Shown one piece after another: positions 29,301 to 38,560 of a stretch of DNA of 64,000 nt. The stretch is from a virus (taxonomy: Duplodnaviria > Caudoviricetes). Position numbers and translations under genes: made by a program. The notes under the pieces are model-generated. The model searched no databases. It saw only the letters and a list, made by a program, of their open reading frames with translations, and was not told the DNA's origin. How positions within the stretch are numbered: position 1 is the stretch's first letter; each line of letters starts with the position of its first letter. The stretch is from positions 17,517 through 81,516 of the IMG/VR virus record IMGVR_UViG_2775506835_000006, one strand, 5' to 3'.

Positions 29301-32151
29301 TTCTAGTCAATGGTTTTTAACAAAGGCGTTAGGTCAAAACAAAATAGAGAGTCAACTTTCGCCGTTTGCCCGCAGAATTGTAAATAAAACGTTGTTGGAA
29401 CGGGACCTAGAACGATTGGTCAATTATCAAAAGGAGCAGTCTGCTGCCAATGAGTTGTTTACGTTCTATAAAGAGTATTTGGAGCCAGTTTTTAAGGGCG
29501 AAGATACGGACTGGAAACAACTCGAAACACAAATTGAACAGGCATTGCACGATGCGTCTGAGTTAGCTGAATTGACTGGTGGAGAGGAAATGCGTCTCCG
29601 TTTTGCTGCCCGAAAAGAACTTCAGGGCACAATCGGGCAAATGATAGAATCTTATTCTGTTATGCAAGACGCCAAATCCTCGCTGTACTCCCTGCTGGAG
29701 GTATATGACGGAGAATGGGGGCCAGCTGATTGGTTACATGGGCAATTGCAATTTTGTAATCAGATGGAAAAACATATTGAGATGCTGCGTGATTGGATTT
29801 TATGGAATCGCACCTGCCAGGAAATAGAAAAAGAGGGACTTGGACCGTTGGTGAGAGCTTATGAAAATGGGCTGGAACATGAAAATGTTGAAAGTGCTTG
29901 TTTTCGAGGCATTTATAAAGCGTTAATTGAGCATACCATTGACGAGGATCCTGCACTGTTGCGGTTTTCCGGCGCGATGTTCAATGAAAAGATTCAGCAA
30001 TTTAAACAAATGGATCAAAAATTGCAGAAATTGGCGAAGGTTGAAATATACAACCAATTGACAGCCAAGATGCCTCATTTTGAGCTGGAGGCAGTGCAAA
30101 GTTCGGAAGTGGGTATACTGCAAAGAGCCATTCGCAGTGGTGGCCGAGGAATCAGTATCCGACGGTTGTTTGAACAAATTCCTGAACTTTTGACTAGATT
30201 GTGTCCCTGCATGCTTATGAGTCCTATTTCAGCGGCGCAATACTTGAATCCGAAATGTAAGCCTTTTGATATTGTGGTGTTTGACGAAGCTTCTCAAATG
30301 CCAACTTGCAAAGCAGTAGGAGCGATCGCCAGGGGGAAGAGTGCGGTGATTGTGGGTGATCCCAAACAGATGCCACCGACCAGTTTTTTCTCCGGCAATA
30401 CAGTAGATGAAGATAATTTACAGCAAGAAGATTTGGAAAGCATTCTGGATGATTGCCTGGCGATCCAATTGCCGCAGGCGTATTTGCTCTGGCACTATCG
30501 AAGCCATCATGAAAGCCTGATCTCTTTTAGTAATAGTCAATTTTATGAGAACAAACTTTATACGTTTCCATCGGCGGATGATTTGGCATCCAAAGTTTCG
30601 TTAGTGCATGTAGAAGGCTTTTTTGATCGGGGAAAAACAAGACAAAATAAAGCAGAAGCGAAAGCGGTCATCCATGAGTTACAAAGGCGTTGCCACAATC
30701 CAGTTTTTGCAAACCAGAGTGTGGGCGTTGTAACGTTTAATATAACACAACAGAGTCTGATCGAAGATCTTTTGACAGATGCTTGTAAAGAAGATGCGGA
30801 TTTAGAAGATTGGGCATACAACCGGCCTGAGCCACTGTTTATAAAAAATCTGGAGAATGTACAGGGTGATGAGCGGGACGTTGTATTGTTTTCTGTGGGA
30901 TATGGTCCTGATGAGCAAGGCCGTATTACTATGAATTTTGGACCGCTCAATCGGGACGGCGGTTGGTGCAGGTTAAACGTAGCTGTTTCCCGAGCGCGGG
31001 AAGAAATGATAGTGTTTTCTACTATCACTGCGGAGCAGATCAATTTATCCAGGTGCGGCGGGGCAGGTGTAGCTGCCTTAAAAGCATTTTTAAGGTATGC
31101 CAACGGTGAGCGAATCGCGGAACAAAAAGAGACAGGACAGGAGCATACGATTCGTAATGGGATTGCGGACATGCTTTGTTGTAAGCTGACCGATGAGGGA
31201 TATGAAACCCGGACAATGATTGGCCGTTCCGACTTTCGGATAGATGTAGGTGTTGTGGATCCAAGTCAGCCGAAACAATATTTGCTGGGTATTTTGTTAG
31301 ACGGCCCTATGTACGGCGCAGCTAAAACAACGCGTGACCGTGAAATTGCTCGAGCGGATGTATTAAAAAAGCTGGGGTGGGAGCTTCATCGCATTTGGTC
31401 AATAGATTGGTGGATCAACAGTCAAAAAGAATTTGATCGTTTACTGGAACATATAAAGCAAACCGTTGAGAGTCGTAAAAAGCTCCAAGCGGATCCAGAG
31501 TACAACCTGTCCGTTAAATCAAGTAAGCGCTTGGTGGCAGATAGCTGCGCGCAGTATGCACCATGTGTCCAGGAATCATGTATTTTACTTTATGAAGCCG
31601 CCTCGTTGGCGAAAGAGACGCTCTCTTCCGACGCTTTTTTATTGCCGCAGTATGATAATCGAATTAAAGAGGCGTTTGAACAAGTCCTGAGTGTAGAGGC
31701 TCCTATTAGAGAAAGTTTACTAATCCGGCGCGTTCTGCAAAGTTTTGGATTTGGAAGGACTGGCGCCCGGCTGCAGGAACGGGCAGAGATTTTGTTGAAG
31801 CAGATGGGTCTTTCCTATACAATGCAGCGAGGCGAAAAATTTTACTGGCGCAATGACCAGAACCCCGATACATATTCAGAATTCCGTCAATCTGGTATAG
31901 GAAATCACAAGCGAGACGCGCAGGATCTACCTGTAGAAGAAGTGTCGAATGCGGTTTGCAGGGTTTTGCAGGATAAGGTTGGTCTGCAAAAAGAGGACCT
32001 TATTCGTGAAACTGCAAGGCTGCTAGGCTATGCGAGATCGGGTAATGTTGTCGTTGAAGTTGTGACCTACGGAATAAAACATGCCTTAAAGACAAGTAAA
32101 ATACTTGTAGACGACACAGCCCATTTGTATAACTTAAAACAAAATAGATAA
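26359..32151 (+). CDS. DUF4011 / SF1 helicase / Vsr-like nuclease / DUF3320 protein (Hhe-type anti-phage architecture)
   Basis: 'WERKLLDL..RN.LLN', 'GPPGTGKSQT', 'FDEASQ', 'GDPKQMPP', 'ENVQGDERD', 'RLNVAVSRAR', 'LGWELHRIWS'. Confidence 0.85.
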   Translation: MAIVGQGKENIYLRIEMMTVVNYALQQNSVPVIQEIKIENATKQDITDVTIQVQSSPAIVCPFALNIAALSAGESYSIREPSLVLDGAYLAGLTERINVILQIFVKKESNTLASFERSLTVLAFDEWPGITVLPELLTAFILPNHSEVVQINAKAAKFLEQWSGDPSLDAYQSRDPNRARLQAAAIYGALQAQNIVYSVPPASFEAIGQRIRLCDAVMQQKMGTCMDLTLLYAACLEAAGLHPLLLLQPGHIFAGVWLEDLTFPEAIQDDPSLITKRLADGVNEIAVVECTAFTAGKGLSFEQASSAAEQKLTGGSLDCLIDVFRARLSGIHPLPLRVLDGNQWTIARDEVDIEKITKAPASKIETVRVLEGHPENAGKMAQWERKLLDLGMRNTLLNLRLTRTVIPILSPSLRDLVEALVDRGEFGIASRPDEWSVREEDQKDPEKLVCTSNIHHLIKCEFHNMRLRTSLSEGELARSVIHLYRSARTALEENGANTLYLAIGLLRWYETKTSQTARYAPVVLLPVEIVRKSALKGYVIRSRSDEEPQINVTLLEKLKQDFEITISGLDPLPQDENGLDIRLILVRMRRAIMDQRGWDVLETAVLGVFSFSQFVMWNDIRNRAEDLQKNRLVRSLMDGKLAWMPPAMQLGACVPEEGVLLPIPADASQLYAIEAAARGESFVLHGPPGTGKSQTITAMIANAVAQGKTVLFVAEKMAALSVVQRRLEEIGIGPFCLELHSNKSQKHAVLEQLRMATEIANRNESANYKEQAEQAAQMRKELDAYARSLHQKRASGLSLFEMISGYEKCRLAPDTVHFSDEFAFSANCSVLAKYKLLIGQLIAAGKAIGHPYGNPLRLIPLSVYTQQLHFGLPNALISYRSALEQLEEAGTQFSEALDRKVPDSLEEWKQLYQIAEALMKWIFIPRAWAKDETFSYSMQKMREMSRHYQKARELSDDLNGSWNKEFLKQDGEALLTQWRQISSQWFLTKALGQNKIESQLSPFARRIVNKTLLERDLERLVNYQKEQSAANELFTFYKEYLEPVFKGEDTDWKQLETQIEQALHDASELAELTGGEEMRLRFAARKELQGTIGQMIESYSVMQDAKSSLYSLLEVYDGEWGPADWLHGQLQFCNQMEKHIEMLRDWILWNRTCQEIEKEGLGPLVRAYENGLEHENVESACFRGIYKALIEHTIDEDPALLRFSGAMFNEKIQQFKQMDQKLQKLAKVEIYNQLTAKMPHFELEAVQSSEVGILQRAIRSGGRGISIRRLFEQIPELLTRLCPCMLMSPISAAQYLNPKCKPFDIVVFDEASQMPTCKAVGAIARGKSAVIVGDPKQMPPTSFFSGNTVDEDNLQQEDLESILDDCLAIQLPQAYLLWHYRSHHESLISFSNSQFYENKLYTFPSADDLASKVSLVHVEGFFDRGKTRQNKAEAKAVIHELQRRCHNPVFANQSVGVVTFNITQQSLIEDLLTDACKEDADLEDWAYNRPEPLFIKNLENVQGDERDVVLFSVGYGPDEQGRITMNFGPLNRDGGWCRLNVAVSRAREEMIVFSTITAEQINLSRCGGAGVAALKAFLRYANGERIAEQKETGQEHTIRNGIADMLCCKLTDEGYETRTMIGRSDFRIDVGVVDPSQPKQYLLGILLDGPMYGAAKTTRDREIARADVLKKLGWELHRIWSIDWWINSQKEFDRLLEHIKQTVESRKKLQADPEYNLSVKSSKRLVADSCAQYAPCVQESCILLYEAASLAKETLSSDAFLLPQYDNRIKEAFEQVLSVEAPIRESLLIRRVLQSFGFGRTGARLQERAEILLKQMGLSYTMQRGEKFYWRNDQNPDTYSEFRQSGIGNHKRDAQDLPVEEVSNAVCRVLQDKVGLQKEDLIRETARLLGYARSGNVVVEVVTYGIKHALKTSKILVDDTAHLYNLKQNR

Positions 32152-32229
32152 TTATCTTGCAGTTCGTTCTCACTTTATTCTTTATCTTTTACTGAAGATA
32201 TTGCATAGGGCCTACATTGAATCATCATT

Positions 32230-32332
32230 CTAAGGAAGTAAGCCGGTCAACTGGCACAAGGATTCAAATCCCTTTACCCTCCGACAAAAGCCGCATGGTT
32301 AAGCCGTTTTCGGACAACCATGCGACTTTTTT
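32230..32332 (+). repeat. Degenerate tRNA-Ser 3' fragment plus terminator (relict att site)
   Basis: Diverged copy of 32657-32759 including the GCCGCATGGTT...AACCATGCG hairpin. Confidence 0.7.
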
Positions 32333-32650
32333 ATTGCTTTCAGGCAGGTTCAACAAAAACAGCGCGAAGCTATCCGGAAATGGATAGTTGCGCCACGATT
32401 GACAGATTCCAGTTTCGGGTGCAAAATATTTTATAATGTAAAGAAAATCTAATCGAACTCATCTAAAATATCGAGGAGTTCAGAACCATGCAGTGATGGG
32501 GAGAAGATCGTCGGGAAGCTTCTGAGCGAGTGTAATGGCAAAAATAAAAGCGCAGCTATTCATTGCGGACGGCTGTATTAAAATTTTAGCCATTCCCACT
32601 CTATTCCCACTTTATGTTCAAAGTATTGCATAAAGCCACAAAATAAATCA

Positions 32651-32712
32651 CCCCTGCTAAGGGAGTAGGTCGGGCAACTGGCGCAAGGGTTCAAATCCCT
32701 TCTTCTCCGCCA
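32651..32712 (+). tRNA. tRNA-Ser(GCT) 3' fragment from anticodon arm to CCA; att site, not an intact tRNA
   Basis: CCCCT-GCT-AAGGGAG, long variable arm, GGGTTCAAATCCC T-arm, TTCTCCGCCA end; acceptor 5' strand and D arm absent. Confidence 0.85.
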
Positions 32713-32760
32713 AAAGCCGCATGGTTAAGCCGTTTTTCGGACAACCATGCGGCTTTTTTG
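32713..32760. terminator. Terminator between att site and integrase 3' end
   Basis: AAAGCCGCATGGTT...AACCATGCGGCTTTTTT. Confidence 0.75.
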
Positions 32761-32836
32761 TTATGCAAAAGTACGCGGTTTGTGGCACTGCCGCGTGCAA
32801 AAAATGAAGCTATTACACACCTATTACACACAGGAT

Positions 32837-33951
32837 TTAAAGCTGATCCACAGCTTTTAAGAGTTCTTCCAAAGGAGTATGAATGTAGTTCTCGTAGGTG
32901 GTTTCAAAATCAGCGTGCCCGCCCGCTTCTGCAATCACCGCTGGGGCAATGGTGCTCTTGCTTGCGAGGCGCGTGAAATAGGTATGCCGGCAAGTGTAGG
33001 GAACAAGGTGCCGGACGCCTACACGCTCTACAGTCTCCCAATAGGCAGCATAGAAATTGTCTTCATTCATTTCAAGTAGCTTGCGGCGTCGGGAATGCAT
33101 GAGTTCCCGGATGATGGGGACGATCTTTGTGGCGATCGGGATTCTTCGGTTTGTGCCTGCTTCGGTTTTGTTTCCTCCGATCATATACCGTTCATCCAGA
33201 TAAATGTTTTTTAAAAGGATGTCGAAGAGTTCTCCCGGGCGCATACCGGTATATAGAAGAATCAGTATGTATCCGGTAAAAGGGTGCAGCCTCTGGCCGA
33301 TGTCGTTGAGCTCATTAAAGTCTTTCCAAAAACGCTGCACTTCCAGATCGTCAAACGCTTCTCGCTGTTTCTTTTTTAACTCAGGAAGTTCCAGATTCTC
33401 TGTTTTATTATAGGTGCAGATTTCTTTTTTCATCGCCAGTTTGTACAGGTGCGAAAGCATGTCTCGCATATCCCTGGCGGGGTAATAGGTATTCGTCATT
33501 CTATTGATAACGGTTTGCATATCATCCACACCGGTTTCGGAAATTGGCTTCCGATGCAGGGCGGCCAGTCGCTTCCAGGCATACCCAAGCTTGTCCTTCT
33601 GCGATTTGCTGAGCTTTTGGTATTTGCGCGATTCCAGAAACTCGTTGTGCAATTGTTCAAAGGTGATACCTGCTTTGTCGCTTGTGCCCGCCAAAGTAGG
33701 GAGGTAGTCCACCGCATCCTTTTTCCTTTCAAAGGTTTTGGTGGCCTTCTTCCGATGAAGATTTCCGTCGTCTCCTATGTAGTAGTAAAGCGTGACTTCG
33801 GCAACGTACTTCTTACCGCGCTGATATACGGTTCCGGTACCGTTCCCCCTGGACTTAGGTTTGCGCTCCCTGGCAGCGAGACCCCGCAGTAAAGGCAATA
33901 TGCAGAACTGTCGGGAATCTCCTTTCCGCATTTTTTGTTTTTACAAATCAC
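32837..33951 (-). CDS. int: Tyrosine integrase; N-terminal zinc ribbon appears to be in a different frame (probable frameshift near 33870-33885)
   Basis: 'YTGMRPGEL', 'KTEAG', 'YTCRHT', 'GH', 'YIH'; AAGGAGG RBS precedes GTG at 33951. Confidence 0.85.
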
Positions 33952-34513
33952 GTTGTACCTCCTTGGAAAAGGGCGCAAAAAAGCAGCCCCTTGATTCAAA
34001 GGGCTGTGCATGGTACAATATGACTGCGAAATCTTATCGTACCGGCAGCCCGATCGGGTTTGTTGGTCAGCCGCTTCATCCTGTTGGCGCAGGGTGGGGC
34101 GGCTTTTTTATTTTGCTGGGTGAAACTTTTTGACATTTTCCAAATATTAGGTAATAATTCGCTAAATTGGTAAATATTACATGTCCGTAAAATTGCATCT
34201 CAATCGTTGTAGGGGTAGAAGGGGATTTGTTTAATCCACAATGCCCTGAAACTTCAACGAAGGGGATGAACAATATATGCGGTCAGAATTACCAAAAATT
34301 AACATGTCGCCTTTTACCTCGCCCAATCGTTACATTTATAGAGGGATATTTAAATTTAACCTACAGGTTCCCACGGAGCCTGTCTTGTGCGGACTGGGGG
34401 CTATTACAATGCGGATAATTTGCATTTCCACAATAGGTCGTAGTTAGTTTATTCAATCCATAAGCTTGCATGGAACCTGACTTTAAAAATACGGGGAATG
34501 AGAGGGCTGCACA

Positions 34514-34627
34514 ATGAATGAATTAGAGTTTAAGCAACATATTACCGAAATGGTGAATCACATACATAAAATTAGCAGCTTGGAAAGAATATTGAATCTT
34601 ATTCTATATTTGATAACAAAAGAATAA
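34514..34627 (+). CDS. 37-aa hypothetical peptide convergent with the repressor
   Basis: GAGG-like RBS; MNELEFKQHITEMVNHIHKISSLERILNLILYLITKE*; hairpin follows. Confidence 0.4.
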   Translation: MNELEFKQHITEMVNHIHKISSLERILNLILYLITKE

Positions 34628-34650
34628 ACTGGGGCCGGAGAAATCCGGCC

Positions 34651-35031
34651 TTATTTTTTTTGTCTTAAAGATTCTGCAACGTCGCAAATTACTTTATAAA
34701 TGACCTGCCATTCATCGTCTCCCAGCTTTGCCAAAGCTTTAAAAAGCGCCTTTGCTGTTTCGTTGCTGCCGGCCATGATGCGGTCAAACATCGCAGTTGT
34801 ATCCGCTTCATCGGAAAGAAATGTGTCTCCGATGCCTTTTGTGAGCCATAAAAAAGAGACGTTAAATTCTCGGCTAATAGATTTTAAAGATTGTTCAGAG
34901 AAATTTCGTCTTCCATTTTCCCATGCACAGACTGATGATCTTGTAACACCTATTCTATCTCCGAATTCTTCTTGGCTTAGGTTTAGCCTTTGTCTTACTT
35001 CAATTACACGATCTTTTATAGATTGCTCCAA
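34651..35031 (-). CDS. XRE-family HTH phage repressor
   Basis: 'RQRLNLSQEEFGDRIGVTRSSVCAWENG...WLTKG'. Confidence 0.85.
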   Translation of the reverse strand: MEQSIKDRVIEVRQRLNLSQEEFGDRIGVTRSSVCAWENGRRNFSEQSLKSISREFNVSFLWLTKGIGDTFLSDEADTTAMFDRIMAGSNETAKALFKALAKLGDDEWQVIYKVICDVAESLRQKK

Positions 35032-35165
35032 TGGTTACACCACCTTTTACTAACATCATATACTATGTTGTAAGCTATGTCAACATTTAAGTAAAAAAAG
35101 TTGTTCACAATGTAATCTTAGTATACTATAATGTAAGCGTAGTAAACAGAAGGGGGTGACATAGA

Positions 35166-35333
35166 ATGGCGAGCATTGAACTCATGACTAAGGTCGCAGT
35201 GAAATTTGCTGGAATGCCGAAAGAGGGGCAAGATACAGCGGAAATCTTATTGTGCGGAATGAAACTTATGTACGATGCCTTGAAGGATAAGCTTCCTCCG
35301 GATCCCAGCCCGCCCGAAAAGAAACCTGCATAG
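35166..35333 (+). CDS. 55-aa first lytic-side protein, divergent from the repressor
   Basis: AGGGGGTGA RBS; MASIELMTKVAVKF...EKKPA*; AT-rich divergent promoter region 35040-35140. Confidence 0.5.
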   Translation: MASIELMTKVAVKFAGMPKEGQDTAEILLCGMKLMYDALKDKLPPDPSPPEKKPA

Positions 35334-35415
35334 AAAAAGCTGCCCGAAGGCGTCAAGGAGATGGTGAAAATATACGAGTTTGAAATTGCCAGATTAGTTT
35401 TGGCTGTCACAGCTA

Positions 35416-35928
35416 TTATTCTTTCTGTTGCAACAATTGCTTTACGTCGGAGAATATAGGAACTTCTATTTCCTTCTGAAGGTTTCCTCTATTGGTATAT
35501 ATGAAAATAATTATCTTTTGATATGGAAGTAAAAAGGATTCAGATGTTGTACTCAATTTAAAAAGATTACCACTTGCTTCTAACCCTTGGAGCGAAAGAG
35601 GAAAGGAAGTCGATCGAATGATTCTTTGATTCAGAAGTTCGGTACCTTTATGATTATTAATTTCCATTATAATTTTGGAATCGTATTCAACATTGTGTGT
35701 AACCGACCCATCTGATATAGCTAACTTTGTAATAGAAATTGGTAACTGTGACTTATTGGATATTGTAAAACGTAACGCATATGCTGAGTTTTTATCATTG
35801 AGATTTAAGGGGTAAATTTTGTCAAGGAATATATCTACCTTTTTTCTGTTCGAAATTACACTGTATACAAAATTATAAACTGACAAAGCAAATGCTGCGA
35901 TTGTTAAAATATTTAAAAATAAGTTCAT
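35416..35928 (-). CDS. AT-rich moron, membrane-anchored hypothetical protein
   Basis: N-terminal hydrophobic helix, GGAG RBS, opposite strand to neighbours. Confidence 0.65.
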   Translation of the reverse strand: MNLFLNILTIAAFALSVYNFVYSVISNRKKVDIFLDKIYPLNLNDKNSAYALRFTISNKSQLPISITKLAISDGSVTHNVEYDSKIIMEINNHKGTELLNQRIIRSTSFPLSLQGLEASGNLFKLSTTSESFLLPYQKIIIFIYTNRGNLQKEIEVPIFSDVKQLLQQKE

Positions 35929-36344
35929 GTTTTTTATCTCCTCTCATCAAAATTTTACCACTCAAAAGAGGTCGATGCAATGATGAAATCTTGCAAAGTA
36001 AAAAAGCCGCCCGAAGGCGGCGAGGGGGTGAACATAGTTGGACTCGTCATATTTAAGCCAGCTCAAAGATGAGCTCGCAGACGCATACAAAAGGTATTCA
36101 AACTCCAATAAGGTTGGACGTGGAGAGGTGGCACATCAAATTCGGCAGATAAAGCGAGATATTCGGTGTAATTCTATGAAATCGGGAGATACGTAATTTT
36201 TATGTAAACTCAAAGTTGCACAAAGTTTTGAGAAGTGATTTTTAGCCGAAAAGTTTATTCTTGGGAAATAAAAATTGTCCCATATCAAATTTGAGAAAGT
36301 AAAGCAAACGCGAGACAATTGAAAAGTAAATGAGGTGAATAAAA

Positions 36345-36566
36345 TTGACTAAAGAAGAAATTATGGCGTCTGAAAAAGACCCATTGACCCCGGCAGATAT
36401 AGCCCCAATTCTTGGTTGCGATCCGCAGCTTATTCGTGTGGCTGCCAAAGATAAGGAAAACCGGCACCTGTTGTCCTTTCCAGTGGACATCATAGGGAAC
36501 CGCGTGAAAATTCCACGCATTCCGTTTATTCGATCGCGTGGATGGAAGTCAGGTGAAGAATACTGA
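36345..36566 (+). CDS. Excisionase-like winged-HTH protein
   Basis: 'LTPADIAPILGCDPQLIR...VKIPRIPF'; GAGGTG RBS. Confidence 0.6.
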   Translation: MTKEEIMASEKDPLTPADIAPILGCDPQLIRVAAKDKENRHLLSFPVDIIGNRVKIPRIPFIRSRGWKSGEEY

Positions 36567-36648
36567 TCAAATCAATTGAAAAAATTGTCTTCTATGTGGT
36601 CAGACAACGGGAGACGAGCAGAAATCACGCAATGAAGGAGAACAAGCC

Positions 36649-36870
36649 GTGAACAAAGACAGTCCATACATAAAGCACAGCCGTCTGGGCGTGATCTTGT
36701 TTGTTACCGGCCTGATCGGGGCCTTCCTCACAGCCATGGCGTCGGACAGCGGAATGCTGACCGTCTACCAAGTGTTGATTATGACAACGGCAGAGAGTTT
36801 GGCTATGGGGATTGGCGGGTTGCTGCGTGATAAAGATTCACAGAATGGAGGTCGAGAAAAACAAAAATGA
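36649..36870 (+). CDS. Small two-TM membrane protein
   Basis: AAGGAG RBS, two hydrophobic segments. Confidence 0.55.
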   Translation: MNKDSPYIKHSRLGVILFVTGLIGAFLTAMASDSGMLTVYQVLIMTTAESLAMGIGGLLRDKDSQNGGREKQK

Positions 36871-37982
36871 AAAGCTGTATGGAGAGAATGAAGGAGAATC
36901 ACACAGACGAGAAAATCGCTTCGTTTCGGGTAAAACAGAAACTACCGTATGAAGCAAAAATAAACTATGCATACACACGCGCATGGGAGTTCTACAACGA
37001 GTGTGGCAAGCGAGGACTGAACTGTCATGTATCCGTAGGTGGTCTGGACAGCATTACTTTGCTGTTGTTTTTGCGGTCCATTGGGATAGATGTTCCAGCG
37101 GTTTCGGTATCGACCCTGGAGGACAAGAGCATTCAGGCCATACATAAAACATTGGGAATCATTTCACTGAAACCTTTAAAGAGCAAAACACAAGTTCTGC
37201 AGGAATGTGGGTTCCCGGTACTGTCTAAAGAAACGGCGTCGAAGATCGAGCTGCTACAGAATCCATCTCCAAAGAATGCCACAGTCCGGCATGCAATCAT
37301 CACAGGAGAAACCGGAGCATACGGAGGAAACCGGACAGGCACCCGGATGAAGATGGCTCAGAAATGGCTGGAACTGTTTGCAGGAGGTGAAAATGAACGG
37401 GAGGATGTGCAATATCAATGTGCGCCGTTTAAAGTATCCGCCAAGTGTTGCTATTACCTCAAAGAGAAGCCATGTGATGACTGGGCGAAAGAACACAACA
37501 GTGTACCGTATCTGGGTCTCATGGCGTCCGAAGGAGGTCGCCGCCAAAAGTCGCTCATGATGAATGGATGCAACTACTTTGGAAAGACAGCGATACGGTC
37601 AGCGCCATTTGCGATATTTGACCGCCAAGATCTGTTGCAGCTTGCCCTTGACCTGGATGTACCTGTTCCAGAGGTATACGGCACCATAGAATGCCAAGCA
37701 GATGGCACGCTTTACACAACAAGAGCACAGAGGACAGGCTGCTCCATGTGCGGGTTTGGAATCCAGCTCGAAAAGAGACCGCATCGATTTGACCGGCTCT
37801 ACGAAGACAACCCGAAAGAATGGAATTTTTGGATGCACCGATGTGTGAAAGATCCAGTTACAAATGAAGTATATGGGTGGGGTAGGGTGCTGGACTACAT
37901 AGGGGTACATTGGACACAGGGATCATTACAAACAGATCTGGACTTGCAAGCAGGGAAAACTGCCAGCAGAAAGAAAGGATGA
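36867..37982 (+). CDS. PAPS-reductase-like (PP-loop, Fe-S) phage protein
   Basis: 'SVGGLDS' PP-loop, 'KCCYYLKEKP', 'RTGCSMCGFG'. Confidence 0.8.
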   Translation: MKSCMERMKENHTDEKIASFRVKQKLPYEAKINYAYTRAWEFYNECGKRGLNCHVSVGGLDSITLLLFLRSIGIDVPAVSVSTLEDKSIQAIHKTLGIISLKPLKSKTQVLQECGFPVLSKETASKIELLQNPSPKNATVRHAIITGETGAYGGNRTGTRMKMAQKWLELFAGGENEREDVQYQCAPFKVSAKCCYYLKEKPCDDWAKEHNSVPYLGLMASEGGRRQKSLMMNGCNYFGKTAIRSAPFAIFDRQDLLQLALDLDVPVPEVYGTIECQADGTLYTTRAQRTGCSMCGFGIQLEKRPHRFDRLYEDNPKEWNFWMHRCVKDPVTNEVYGWGRVLDYIGVHWTQGSLQTDLDLQAGKTASRKKG

Positions 37983-37989
37983 CGAAGAC

Positions 37990-38253
37990 TTGAGATTGCG
38001 AGAATATCCATTGGGGAACCGCAATATTGTAGGTGCCCGTGTTACGGAAGCACGCCGCCGTGTGAACATGCCTCAAAGAGTCTTACTTGCAAAAATGCAG
38101 GTCAAAGGCATAGAACTGAACACATCCGGTTTATCCAAATTGGAAGGGCAGCACCGGTATGTTATGGATTTTGAACTTGCGGCGCTGGCTGATGTTTTGG
38201 ATGTAAAAGTGGATTGGCTCCTTGGAAGAGACGACTACATAAAGGGGAAGTAG
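37990..38253 (+). CDS. XRE-family HTH protein
   Basis: 'NIVGARV...LSKLEGQHRYVMDFEL..LADVLDV'. Confidence 0.75.
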   Translation: MRLREYPLGNRNIVGARVTEARRRVNMPQRVLLAKMQVKGIELNTSGLSKLEGQHRYVMDFELAALADVLDVKVDWLLGRDDYIKGK

Positions 38254-38255
38254 AA

Positions 38256-38549
38256 ATGCAGAAGGACAAAAAAGAAGCCGCCCTGGGCGTTACGAGCACC
38301 CAAAGCGGCAAAGCGAAATGCGACAACATTTCTAATCAAAGTGTAGAGCAGAATAGCGTGAATGTCAAGACGCTGGAAATGGTAAAGGAATTGGTTTGGT
38401 TAAAGGAAAACGTGGAAAAGCGGTATACCGCCGGCAAGGTGGATTCCTGTTATGTGTATACCCATGACGATGATAACGGTGCACAGGCAGGTGTTTCCTT
38501 TACGTGTGCGGGAGAGCTGTACACGTTGACATTGCATCATGAGGTTTAA
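38256..38549 (+). CDS. Phage hypothetical protein
   Basis: ATG 38256 after GGGG RBS; tight operon. Confidence 0.55.
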   Translation: MQKDKKEAALGVTSTQSGKAKCDNISNQSVEQNSVNVKTLEMVKELVWLKENVEKRYTAGKVDSCYVYTHDDDNGAQAGVSFTCAGELYTLTLHHEV

Positions 38550-38560
38550 ATGGTAGAGAT

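Noticed and set aside
32651-32712. Intact tRNA-Ser gene
   Set aside because: The 5' acceptor strand and D arm are absent; it is an att fragment
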